From: Candidatus Parvarchaeota archaeon
Lineage (GTDB): Archaea; Nanobdellota; Nanobdellia; Parvarchaeales; Parvarchaeaceae
Reading direction: 5' to 3'
NCBI GenBank assembly: GCA_023380615.1
Contig: JAMCRO010000019.1
Location: 1,706 to 65,705, forward strand
DNA: 64,000 bases
Part shown: piece by piece, positions 27,467 to 36,918 of the stretch
Layout of the letters: every line of letters begins with the position of its first letter
How positions within the stretch are numbered: position 1 is the stretch's first letter
The notes under the pieces: model-generated
Told to the model about the DNA's origin: nothing
The model's input: the letters and a program-made list of their open reading frames with translations, nothing else
The model's database searches: none
Translations under genes and position numbers: made by a program

Positions 27467-28183
27467 TTAATCAACTAATTTAATGTAAAGACGTTTATTC
27501 TGTTTTCCCTTGTTTTCAAAGCTTTCCAATGTGATATGCCCGACTTCTTTTGTGTTTTTAACATGTGTTCCGCCATCCATCTGCTCGTCAAGTCCAGAAA
27601 TCTCTATTACGCGTATAATGTCCAGCGTATTCATCAATTCCTTACCGGGCTGTGTTCTAACAAGATTCTTATTTGATGCTTCTTCCTTCGTTAGGAACTT
27701 TACGTTTACTTCATGACCTTCATTTATAACAGAATTTGCCTTTTCTATAATACCGGATGCCAGTTCTTTTGTCAAGCCATCCATGCTTATGTCAATCCTT
27801 GCCCTGTCATCGTATATCTGATTGCCGGTTATAAGGCTTGAATTATAATCCCGTTCTAGCACACCGTCGATTATATGAATGGCGGTATGCAGCTTCATGT
27901 GTTCATACCTTTTGGCCCAGTCAATGATTTCTTTTACGTCATCCCCTTCATTTGCATCTATTGGCCTGTCCAACAGCAAAACTATGTTTTCTCCGTCTTT
28001 TTTAATACCATTGACAAGATATTCATTTTCATTGTGCAGTACCTTTCCGCTGTCGGCAGGTTGGCCCCCTCCATTGGGATAAAAAACGTCAACATCTACT
28101 GTAATTTCACTGCCGTTTATGTTTGTTATTTTTGCGTTTGCTTCTCTTAAATAAGAATCCTTAAGATACAATTTTTCTGTCAT
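27467..28183 (-). CDS. alaX: alanyl-tRNA editing protein AlaX-M type
   Basis: HTAIHIIDGV (HxxxH) and GGTHVKNTKEVGHITL (the zinc-binding editing-domain motifs of the AlaRS/ThrRS second additional domain) are present. 238 aa. Confidence 0.75.
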   Translation of the reverse strand: MTEKLYLKDSYLREANAKITNINGSEITVDVDVFYPNGGGQPADSGKVLHNENEYLVNGIKKDGENIVLLLDRPIDANEGDDVKEIIDWAKRYEHMKLHTAIHIIDGVLERDYNSSLITGNQIYDDRARIDISMDGLTKELASGIIEKANSVINEGHEVNVKFLTKEEASNKNLVRTQPGKELMNTLDIIRVIEISGLDEQMDGGTHVKNTKEVGHITLESFENKGKQNKRLYIKLVD

Positions 28184-28390
28184 AGCATCAAAATAAGACT
28201 TAATTCTATAAATAATTGAAAATAACGGAATTTTTACATTTAGTTTTACTAATTATATCAATCAAAAATGTTTAAAAGTAAAAAAAGAAGCTTCTTAGCA
28301 GTAAAAAATGGAAGTTATTGGATAAACATTTATTCGAAGAACCGATAGTAATACTAAACGTATTAATATCTGTTAAATTCTAGATTAAAT

Positions 28391-29188
28391 ATGTCAAAAT
28401 CGTTGAAAGTGGGTATAATAGACATAAACACAAACAAGCCAAAGTATTCCAGTCTGGAAAAAACGCTAGATGTGCTTGAAAAGGCAAGAAAATTCGATTT
28501 AGACATAATAGTCGGGCCGGAATGGAGCCTCATGGATAACCGATTTAGTAATGAACTTCCTTATTCCTCTAAGGAACTAGAGAAAATATTTTGTAGACTG
28601 AAAAACGCAACAAATGAAACTAAAGAACTTACATTGGCAGGCACTGCCGTAATCTCCACGAATAACAGGAAAATGTACAATTTTCTGCCCGTAATTTATG
28701 ATGGAAAGGTAATATTTTCGACGATAAAGATGACTGATGGTGGAACGTCCTTCTTTAACAATGGGAATTATGAAATTATTGGCAGAGATTATTCTATGAC
28801 TAATGACTTTGAATGGAAAAAGCTTAAGATAGGAATAGAGATATGTGCAGACTCTGGAGTATTATATAGAAAGGGGAAAAGAGATCTTGATCTGCAGATA
28901 CTAGTTTCCAGCGGAATCAGGATAACAAACCTTGCCGTGAAAAAAGGAGGTTATCTAATATGCTCCGACGGCATTCCAAAGGGAAAGAAAACCTATGTTA
29001 TAAAAACAAACGAAAATTATGATCCTGATTCCAGTGTAGACCTTGCAGATTTCAGGGGTTTATTCAAAAGAAAGGAAATTAATTACCAAGCAATGGAAAG
29101 TAATAACGTAGAAATGCCGTTTGAATTTGTTAAACCGGATTCAAGGCATAAAAACCTGAGCATATACCAATTAATTATTGATGATTAA
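28391..29188 (+). CDS. divergent carbon-nitrogen hydrolase (nitrilase superfamily)-like protein, paralog of 7930..8805
   Basis: DIIVGPEWSL (Glu), STIKMTDGG (Lys) and IGIEICADSGVL (Cys) have E-to-K and K-to-C spacing of about 69 and 40, as in nitrilase-superfamily triads. Confidence 0.45.
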   Translation: MSKSLKVGIIDINTNKPKYSSLEKTLDVLEKARKFDLDIIVGPEWSLMDNRFSNELPYSSKELEKIFCRLKNATNETKELTLAGTAVISTNNRKMYNFLPVIYDGKVIFSTIKMTDGGTSFFNNGNYEIIGRDYSMTNDFEWKKLKIGIEICADSGVLYRKGKRDLDLQILVSSGIRITNLAVKKGGYLICSDGIPKGKKTYVIKTNENYDPDSSVDLADFRGLFKRKEINYQAMESNNVEMPFEFVKPDSRHKNLSIYQLIIDD

Positions 29189-29928
29189 ACGATTATATCC
29201 CTTAGATCCTTTATTTTCCCAAAATTCAGATTCTCCCCCTCTGATATGCATATTGCGTTTAACTCATTAACGTCGCACATTTCCCTTAAAAACGGCGAGA
29301 GAAGTTCTTCTTTTTTCTCCTCGTTTATATTACTGCCGGGTGCAAATATGCTAGAAGCAGGCAAAACCAGCAGCTTTTTTCCATTGTTTGTATCGCCGTA
29401 AAGGAAGGCCTTCATTTTTTCTCCAGATCCTACGTATCTATAGATTATTACGCTAGGGTGTTCATGGCCTATAATGTAGGTTTCTGCTTCGCATTTAGGC
29501 AACTCATCCCCGTGCGCAATGTAAAATTCCTTTTCGAGTAGATAATCCCGTATTATCTCAACGTCATAGCTGTTTTTTATCCTGTCAAGGTAATTGTCAT
29601 GGTTTCCCTTTATCAGAAGCAGCTTTATAGACAGGTTTTTACAGAACTCTATAAGTTCTCCTATCTCTTTTCTTTCATAGTACTTCAAGTCCGAAAAGTC
29701 GTTCTTTAAATCACCAGTCACTATAAGCCTGTCTGCTCCCGTAGCCATTGCGGCATTTCTTACTATGTTTTCTATAAACTGCAGGTTTCTGCTAGGTATC
29801 AAAGTGCCTGATGCTGACATCTGCCCCTCATAACCCAGATGGGTATCAGATATAATAAGTGAATTAAGCGGCTTGATATAAGCTATCGGCACCCCTTCCA
29901 AAAGTTCTATCGATTCATTTATTTGCAT
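29185..29928 (-). CDS. calcineurin-like metallophosphoesterase (MPE-type DNA repair phosphoesterase partnered with Lhr)
   Basis: ISDTHLG (DxH), VTGDLKND (GDxxD), IKGNHDN (GNHD) and YIIGHEHP (GHxH) are present. The start overlaps the Lhr stop by 14 nt. Confidence 0.7.
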   Translation of the reverse strand: MQINESIELLEGVPIAYIKPLNSLIISDTHLGYEGQMSASGTLIPSRNLQFIENIVRNAAMATGADRLIVTGDLKNDFSDLKYYERKEIGELIEFCKNLSIKLLLIKGNHDNYLDRIKNSYDVEIIRDYLLEKEFYIAHGDELPKCEAETYIIGHEHPSVIIYRYVGSGEKMKAFLYGDTNNGKKLLVLPASSIFAPGSNINEEKKEELLSPFLREMCDVNELNAICISEGENLNFGKIKDLRDIIV

Positions 29929-32551
29929 TTTGATTCTCCCTTATTTTTTCCAATACCAGTTTATGCAGCCTTCTAACGTATTCCTTCTTGTTTTTTATCG
30001 AAACGACATCGCTTTCCCCCATCGTTACAAGGCTGTGTGAAAATGGAGAAGGCACGGAAGTGTCTATTATTGAATACCTTATATTTTTTGTTTTTATCGC
30101 TTTTAATATCTTAGATGCATTGCTCATATCCATTACATCCTCTTCTATCTCCCTGTAGGCTTCCTTTAATATGGGAAAGTTCTCATCCATCTCGCTTATT
30201 ATCCTCAAGAGTGCCTGTGCATTTATCTGCTGCCTTTCTACCCTTATCCTATGCCCCTTGTAATTCCTAAGTATCATCAATCCCCTAGCAGCTGCATGCC
30301 TAAATCTCCTCCTTAGTATCTCCGTTCTTTTTATGTTTTCCGTTATTATCTTCTGTATGTCTGCTTTAGCAGCCGATTCTATGATGCTTTTGATAATAAC
30401 GTCATTCATTTTTTCATTTGAAATCAACGAAAACCCGTTGTCGTTTATCACCAAACCGACCTCTTCTCCAAGTCTGTCGCTTAGGATGAATGCAAATACC
30501 CTTGACAGTGCATCGTTTACCCTCCTGCCAAACAGAGAGTGGAATATCGTGTACTCTTTGTCGTTGTATCTGGTCCTTTCTATAAGAATAAGCTTATCCG
30601 AAGGCACTTTTCCCGTAAAATACACCTGTTCTTTTATATATTCATATATCGAAGCTATTGAATTTTTGTCAGCAGGCATTGAGGCAAGGTATTTACCTGC
30701 CTGTTCAGGCATGTTTTTCTGGTTTTTATAAACAAACTTCTCTCTTGGAAGCCTGCTTATAATCGATGAAAACTCCCTCCTGAATTTGCCTATATCCAAT
30801 GCTAGCTCATAGCTTAGAGGGAGCTGCTCTGAAAACCAAGGGGGTATGTTTGGTTTTTCCCCGATTGCCGGCAAAACAAAGCAGTCCGCGGCACTGGATC
30901 TTTGGAATTTATAGACCTTGCCGCCCAATACAAAAACGTCCCCTTTTTTCAGTTTTTCCAAGAACTCTTCTTCGATGTTTCCTATTTTTTTCTTTGTACC
31001 CCAGATATAAACGTTTATTGCAACTTCATCGGGTATAGTCCCTATGTTTGTATAATATATAAGTCTCGTAAGCCTTCCCCTCTTCCCGAATTTGTTTGAG
31101 CTGTTGTCAAACCAGATTTTTCCATAAACGGATCTTTCACGCAACGGAACGTACTCTCCCGCAAGGTATTTTATAAGGCCCAGAAAATCTTTTTTATCCA
31201 GGTTTCTAAAAGGGTAAGCCTTCTTTATCAATGAGTATGCCTCATTAACGCCCCATATCCTGTTCAGGGCCATGCCGACTATGTGCTGTGCCAATACATC
31301 CAATGGATTTTCAGGCATAGTAAAAGAATCCAATTTCCTTTTTAAGCCATCGTAAAGCATAACAGTGCATTCAACCAAATCATCTCTGTTATTTATTATC
31401 AAATCACCGTTTGCAGTGTCCTTGAAGCCATGCCCGCTCCTTCCTATTCTTTGCAGCGCTCTTGTTATGCTTTTTGGTGAGTTTATCTGTATGACATTGT
31501 CTATGCTGCCTATGTCAATCCCTAATTCCAGACTGGTTGAGGAAACAACACATTTCAGCTTTCCATTCTTTAATTTCTCTTCAACGGAAAATCTCTCTTC
31601 CCTGGAAAGAGAGCCATGGTGTGCGGACACTTCTTCATCGGTATAACCGAATCTTCTTTTAAGGTTAAAAACCAGCCTTTCCGTACCGCTCCGTGTGTTT
31701 GTAAATATCAGTGTTGTCCTGTTCTTTTTTACTATGTTGTTGATTATATTATACATTGATTCGTCTATTTCTGATTCTTTTGAATATATAAGATCCTTGA
31801 CTGGAGAAATGACTTTGGCGTTTATTTTCTTGCTCCACGATGCATCTACTACTACGCAGCTCCTTTTTGTGCCTACAAGAAAACTTGCCGCTCTGTCCAG
31901 AGGGAATATTGTTGCACTCAACCCTATCCGTATGAAATCATGTTTTATTGAATCTGCCAGCCTTTCCAATGAAATTGAAAGATGCGAACCCCTCTTGCTG
32001 TTCGCAAGTTCATGCAGCTCATCCACTATTACATACTCCAAATTGACAAATTTCTGTATGAATTTGGGGGAATTCAACATTATTGCAAGAGATTCCGGTG
32101 TGGTGACAAATATATTTGGAGGGTGGACAAACTGCTTCCTGCGTTCGTTTTGTGGAGTATCCCCTGTCCTAACGCCGATTGTTATCTTTCTTTTATCGGT
32201 TAATTCCGGACTTTTATATATGTCTTCAATCGGTAGAATAATGTTTTTGTAGATATCATTGTTTAATGCTCTCAATGGAGAGATATAAAGACACTTTATC
32301 TCATCATTTAGTTTGCCCTCAACTGAAAGATCTACCAGTTCATTTATTATGGGTATAAATGCCGACAGGGTTTTGCCGCTGCCTGTAGGCGCAGTTATCA
32401 GCACATTTTTTCTATCACTTATTACCTTAAAAGAAAACTTCTGTGGAGGAGTCAACTCTTTAAACCTAGATACAAACCATTTTCTCATCACGGGATTTAA
32501 GGTCTTAATACTCTTATCATCAGGGTATTGCTCGTTCAGTATTGTTATCAT
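29915..32551 (-). CDS. lhr: Lhr-family (Lhr-core) ATP-dependent SF2 DNA helicase
   Basis: Motif I ITAPTGSGKTLSAF, motif II VIVDELHELANSKRG, III LSAT, IV IFTNTRSGTE, V/VI HHGSLSREER...SSTSLELGIDIG...QRIGRSGH are present. A long C-terminal Lhr-core extension follows. 878 aa. Confidence 0.8.
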   Translation of the reverse strand: MITILNEQYPDDKSIKTLNPVMRKWFVSRFKELTPPQKFSFKVISDRKNVLITAPTGSGKTLSAFIPIINELVDLSVEGKLNDEIKCLYISPLRALNNDIYKNIILPIEDIYKSPELTDKRKITIGVRTGDTPQNERRKQFVHPPNIFVTTPESLAIMLNSPKFIQKFVNLEYVIVDELHELANSKRGSHLSISLERLADSIKHDFIRIGLSATIFPLDRAASFLVGTKRSCVVVDASWSKKINAKVISPVKDLIYSKESEIDESMYNIINNIVKKNRTTLIFTNTRSGTERLVFNLKRRFGYTDEEVSAHHGSLSREERFSVEEKLKNGKLKCVVSSTSLELGIDIGSIDNVIQINSPKSITRALQRIGRSGHGFKDTANGDLIINNRDDLVECTVMLYDGLKRKLDSFTMPENPLDVLAQHIVGMALNRIWGVNEAYSLIKKAYPFRNLDKKDFLGLIKYLAGEYVPLRERSVYGKIWFDNSSNKFGKRGRLTRLIYYTNIGTIPDEVAINVYIWGTKKKIGNIEEEFLEKLKKGDVFVLGGKVYKFQRSSAADCFVLPAIGEKPNIPPWFSEQLPLSYELALDIGKFRREFSSIISRLPREKFVYKNQKNMPEQAGKYLASMPADKNSIASIYEYIKEQVYFTGKVPSDKLILIERTRYNDKEYTIFHSLFGRRVNDALSRVFAFILSDRLGEEVGLVINDNGFSLISNEKMNDVIIKSIIESAAKADIQKIITENIKRTEILRRRFRHAAARGLMILRNYKGHRIRVERQQINAQALLRIISEMDENFPILKEAYREIEEDVMDMSNASKILKAIKTKNIRYSIIDTSVPSPFSHSLVTMGESDVVSIKNKKEYVRRLHKLVLEKIRENQNANK

Positions 32552-32592
32552 CCTTTTTATAGATAGTTACAGTATTTAATTTTTATTGTAGC

Positions 32593-33348
32593 CTATTTCC
32601 TACATTTGAATATAATAGTTGGAGCTATCCTGTTTACAAGCGCCCTTCTATAGCCTATGCCCCATATTTTGTCTTCCTTGTCGAAGGGTTCTATTATTCT
32701 TTCTAGTTTTAAACCCGAATCGATTATTATGTTCACAATGTCACTTATTTTCATGTCATAATGTGCAAAGTAATGAATGCTCTTATCCGGCCATTTTTCT
32801 TTTTTAACTTTTAAACCGGAATTAAAGTAGCTTTCCTTTATTTTCATGTCTTTTGGATCAATAAGCAGGTAAAAGGGATGCTCTATGCTGAAAACAAAAA
32901 TGCCGTCCTTTGAAAGCAAATCTCTTATGTTCTTTAATAAAACCCGAAGGTCTGTACAGTACTGCAGCGCCATTATTGATATTATGACATCGAATTTCCT
33001 TGGCTTTAATCTATTTATTTGAGAAAAAGGAAGCTCTAGAAATTCAACGTTTACCCGTTCTTTTTTGGCGTTTTTATTGGCAAATTCTATCTGTTTATTA
33101 GAGATGTCCATTCCAGTGCACACAGCCCCTTTCTTTGCAAGAGATATGGATACCTGTCCACCCCCGCACCCAAGTTCTAGGACTGTTTTACCATTTATTT
33201 TTCCAAGTAACTTTAATTTTCCTTCACTGGAACCAAAAGGGCCGTATTGAACATCGGTCATCTTATCCGCAGAAATTTCCTTTTGATAGTATTCAGAAGC
33301 AGAATTCCACCATTCTTTTATGATTTCTTCGCTGTTTTTCCCAGACAT
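32593..33348 (-). CDS. class I SAM-dependent methyltransferase
   Basis: Motif I VLELGCGGGQVSISLAKKG, post-I CTGMDIS and motif IV-like VIISIMALQY are present. Confidence 0.8.
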   Translation of the reverse strand: MSGKNSEEIIKEWWNSASEYYQKEISADKMTDVQYGPFGSSEGKLKLLGKINGKTVLELGCGGGQVSISLAKKGAVCTGMDISNKQIEFANKNAKKERVNVEFLELPFSQINRLKPRKFDVIISIMALQYCTDLRVLLKNIRDLLSKDGIFVFSIEHPFYLLIDPKDMKIKESYFNSGLKVKKEKWPDKSIHYFAHYDMKISDIVNIIIDSGLKLERIIEPFDKEDKIWGIGYRRALVNRIAPTIIFKCRK

Positions 33349-33354
33349 AGTGTA

Positions 33355-33360
33355 TTTATA
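33355..33360 (+). promoter_or_regulatory. putative TATA element (TTTATA) upstream of the DEAD-box helicase gene
   Basis: It lies about 35 nt upstream of the ATG at 33392. Confidence 0.25.
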
Positions 33361-33391
33361 TCAAAAGATCAATATAAAACTGTAAATAGAT

Positions 33392-34699
33392 ATGTTTGAT
33401 TCGATGAATTTAAAAAAAGAGATATTAACTGCATTGCATGAAATGAAGTTTGATGAACCAACTGAAGTGCAAAAACAGGCTATTCCACTGGAATTGGAAG
33501 GCAAAGATGTAGTTGTAAAATCCAAAACAGGAAGCGGAAAAACCGCTGCTTTTGTGATACCAATACTAAACAGCTTGGAAAAAGGCGAAAAACAGGCTGC
33601 GATGATAATAACCCCCACTAGAGAGCTTGCACTACAGGTAACGGATGTTGTTAGGGATATTGGAAAGCATCTTCAACTGAAGGCAGTTACAATTTATGGG
33701 GGGGCTTCGATAAATTACCAGATAAGAGAGATAAGAAACGGAGCTAATATAATTATAGGAACTCCTGGAAGGATAATAGATCTAATGAAAAGAGGTGAAC
33801 TTCTTACAAATTCGATAAGATTTCTTGTTTTGGATGAGGTAGACATCATGCTGGATATGGGCTTCATAGATGACATCAAATATATATTATCAAAACTGCC
33901 TAAGAAAAGACAGACTATGTTCTTTTCTGCAACGATTCCAGAAGAAATAAAACATATAACAGTAAACTACGCTAACAATCCAATAAATGTCAACATAGAC
34001 GGGGGAGAAGTAACTGTAAGTACAATACAACATTTTTATTCAATCGCAAACGGTAGCGATAAATTTGCGACATTACTTGCCTATTTGGATGAAAAAAAGC
34101 CTGAAAAGGCAATAATATTCTGTAAGACTCAGAGAAACGCGGAAAGAATACATTCTATGATGCAAAATATGGATATAAATGCCGTTTTGATGCATGGGGG
34201 CTTAAGCCAGAACAGAAGAGAGCACTCCCTTAATATGTTTAAGATCGGAAGAGCACACGTAATAGCCACAAACGTAGCTTCGCGTGGATTAGATATAGAC
34301 AACGTTTCCGACATAATAAATTTTGATGCTGAGACCGATCCGAAGGCATACGTTCACAGAGTAGGCAGAAGTGCAAGAATGGGAAAAAGCGGAAGGGCTT
34401 TTACAATATTCACTCCTTCGGAAAAATATCTAGTTTATGAAATAGAAAACTATGCTAAGGTAAAGCTTTCTTACATAGAATTTAACCTTGCTACATACAG
34501 AGAAAAGATAAATGAATTGTACAAGGGAGATTCTAGACATGATATTGAAAGCGCATTACGAAGAAGTAATTTCAACTCAAATAGGGGTTTCAGTAGGAAT
34601 AAACCTTATAGAAAAGAATTCGGGAGCAACAACAATGATAGACATTATTCCGGATTCAAAAGGAATAAATTCAAACGCAATTATTTCAAGGAAGATTAA
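33392..34699 (+). CDS. DEAD-box ATP-dependent RNA helicase
   Basis: The Q-motif region (FDEPTEVQ), SKTGSGKT, PTRELA, DEVD, SAT, HGGLSQNRR, ARGLD and HRVGRSAR are present. A basic C-terminal tail follows. Confidence 0.9.
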   Translation: MFDSMNLKKEILTALHEMKFDEPTEVQKQAIPLELEGKDVVVKSKTGSGKTAAFVIPILNSLEKGEKQAAMIITPTRELALQVTDVVRDIGKHLQLKAVTIYGGASINYQIREIRNGANIIIGTPGRIIDLMKRGELLTNSIRFLVLDEVDIMLDMGFIDDIKYILSKLPKKRQTMFFSATIPEEIKHITVNYANNPINVNIDGGEVTVSTIQHFYSIANGSDKFATLLAYLDEKKPEKAIIFCKTQRNAERIHSMMQNMDINAVLMHGGLSQNRREHSLNMFKIGRAHVIATNVASRGLDIDNVSDIINFDAETDPKAYVHRVGRSARMGKSGRAFTIFTPSEKYLVYEIENYAKVKLSYIEFNLATYREKINELYKGDSRHDIESALRRSNFNSNRGFSRNKPYRKEFGSNNNDRHYSGFKRNKFKRNYFKED

Positions 34700-34784
34700 G
34701 CAGTGTATCTTTATGTATTAATAGACTAATAAGCAATGTCTTTGGAACAGAAGGATTAATAAAGCTACTTTTTATATTATAATA

Positions 34785-35393
34785 ATGATATTTAAAAGAA
34801 AAGAAAAGCCAAAAGTAGATGATGACATCCTTTTAAGAGCAAACATTGCACAGGGAATAAAGATTCTTTATCTAGACAGAAAACGGCTTTTTTACCCTGA
34901 AAATAACCATTATGACAAGTTAAAGGATACATTTACGCATATAATCAAAAATCTAAAAGACTTGGAAGATAAGAAGCCAAGAATGCTTGTAATGACAAAC
35001 AGTGGATTTGAATATGAAGTTCTTAACAGCAAGATGGTTGATACGTTACAAAGTTATTTTGAATTTCTGCTTCTAATACCTCCCCCCAGCTCAATATTCA
35101 CAAAGTGGAAAAAATCCGTGGAAGTGGGCAAAATGCACATACCTACGCTTTCCTACATGTTGCATTCCATCCTCACGTATAAATTGCCGGATTATTGGAA
35201 AGATAAGATGGACGAGTATACGGATATAGCAGGTGCGATAATAGAGGTAATGAACAAGAGCTCCAGTAACGAAAAACTAATAAACCTCACAAAAGAAGCG
35301 GAAAAAAACATAGCTAATGCAGTAGACAAGGAAAGAGAAAAAGCTTATAAGAAAAAAATACTTGAATGGGTAAGACTAAATCTTATAATTTAG
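34785..35393 (+). CDS. hypothetical protein
   Basis: The ORF is intact (202 aa). No family was recognised. Confidence 0.4.
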   Translation: MIFKRKEKPKVDDDILLRANIAQGIKILYLDRKRLFYPENNHYDKLKDTFTHIIKNLKDLEDKKPRMLVMTNSGFEYEVLNSKMVDTLQSYFEFLLLIPPPSSIFTKWKKSVEVGKMHIPTLSYMLHSILTYKLPDYWKDKMDEYTDIAGAIIEVMNKSSSNEKLINLTKEAEKNIANAVDKEREKAYKKKILEWVRLNLII

Positions 35394-35457
35394 GGTATTT
35401 ATAAGACTTTAAAAAATTAAACACTACTTTTTTAATTTTAAAAATTTAAATAATAAA

Positions 35458-36891
35458 TCACTTTTTAGCCTTGCCTTTGTTAGGCAGCACTAATTTTGGA
35501 ACTCCATGTACATGCTTGTAGGAAGCTATTGCTATCTCTTCCAATGTCAAGCCCTTTGTCTCTGGTGTGAAAAATATCGTGAAGAAGAACACGAATACCA
35601 TCAGTGACAAAAGTACAAAGAAGAAGCCCGATTTACCTATCGTAAGCGTCAAATAAGGAAACAGGAAAGCTGAAGCGAATGATGCAATCCGGGTTATTCC
35701 AGTAGCACTCCCCATTGATGAGGACCTTAATTTTGTAGGCAAAAGCTCTATTGCGTACAAACCCATTGTGTTTCCAGGTCCTAAATTACCAAGTCCGTAA
35801 TCAAACACGAATGCTATTATACCTATGGTTATGGCTATTGAAGCGGCTGCTGTTGCAGCTATAAAGAATAAAAGCATGGCTACGGCCATCCCTGCAAAGC
35901 CCAATGCCTGCAGCGGCCTTCTTCCTATTCTATCATTAAGCATTACTGCACCGAACGCTCCCAAGAAGCCTATCGGCATGTAAAATACGAATGAATATAA
36001 AAGAGATGTTGAACCCGCTACACCAAGACTTTTAAGTATCAATGGTGCATACAAACCTATTCCGTAGCCTGCTAAATCATATATTATCCACTGAGTCCAG
36101 ACAACTGCCGTTCTTTTACCAAATTCGCCCTTAAACAGCGCTGCGAATGAACCAGCTGCAATATTCGCTTCTTTCTGCCTTTCAGACAGTATGGCTTTAA
36201 TGTCCTGTGGTGTCATTCCTATCTTCTGAGCTACAGTTCTTACGTTCTTATCATTTACATTTCCTTCGTCCATCATCTTCCATCTTGCGGATTCAGGCAT
36301 TCTTGTCCTAAGTATTACAGTTATTATTGCAGGTATCGCACCCAATGCTAAAACCCATCTCCAGCTTGTTAATGGATCATGTAAGAAGAATACGTATCCC
36401 AAAATGAATGCTGATGCTGCACCTATGCTCCAGAATGTCCATACCCAGCCGTAACCTGCTCCCCTTTTCTTGTCAGGATACATCTCTGTAGTGTAAACCG
36501 GGCTTAATGCATAGTCTGCTCCTACTCCCCAGCCGACGAAGAACCTAAAGATTATCATTTCTGTTATATTTGTTGATACCGCAGATAATATTGCAAAGAC
36601 TGCAAAGAATATAAGGTCAAAGATATACAGGTATCTTCTACCTATTCTGTCTGCGTAATGACCGAAAATTACCGCTCCTACAAATGCCCCAAGAAGAGCA
36701 GAGCCTGAAACGAATGACTCTGTAAATGCAGAATACTGAAATATTTTATAAGTGACTAAAACAAGGGTGAAAACAGATATTACACTAAGGTCATAACCGT
36801 CAAGAAAATAACCCATCGCTGAAAGAGTAGTTATTACAGAACGTCTCGGTACATGGACGGTTTCAGCGTTACTTTGCATATTTGAATTCAT
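35458..36891 (-). CDS. MFS transporter (sugar/phosphate porter-like) downstream of glpK
   Basis: 12 TM helices, the motif GHYADRIGRRYL after TM2, and a PESARW-like motif. It is in an operon-like arrangement with glpQ and glpK. Confidence 0.75.
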   Translation of the reverse strand: MNSNMQSNAETVHVPRRSVITTLSAMGYFLDGYDLSVISVFTLVLVTYKIFQYSAFTESFVSGSALLGAFVGAVIFGHYADRIGRRYLYIFDLIFFAVFAILSAVSTNITEMIIFRFFVGWGVGADYALSPVYTTEMYPDKKRGAGYGWVWTFWSIGAASAFILGYVFFLHDPLTSWRWVLALGAIPAIITVILRTRMPESARWKMMDEGNVNDKNVRTVAQKIGMTPQDIKAILSERQKEANIAAGSFAALFKGEFGKRTAVVWTQWIIYDLAGYGIGLYAPLILKSLGVAGSTSLLYSFVFYMPIGFLGAFGAVMLNDRIGRRPLQALGFAGMAVAMLLFFIAATAAASIAITIGIIAFVFDYGLGNLGPGNTMGLYAIELLPTKLRSSSMGSATGITRIASFASAFLFPYLTLTIGKSGFFFVLLSLMVFVFFFTIFFTPETKGLTLEEIAIASYKHVHGVPKLVLPNKGKAKK

Positions 36892-36918
36892 ATTTTTATT
36901 ATATTTAAAGCTTTTGTT

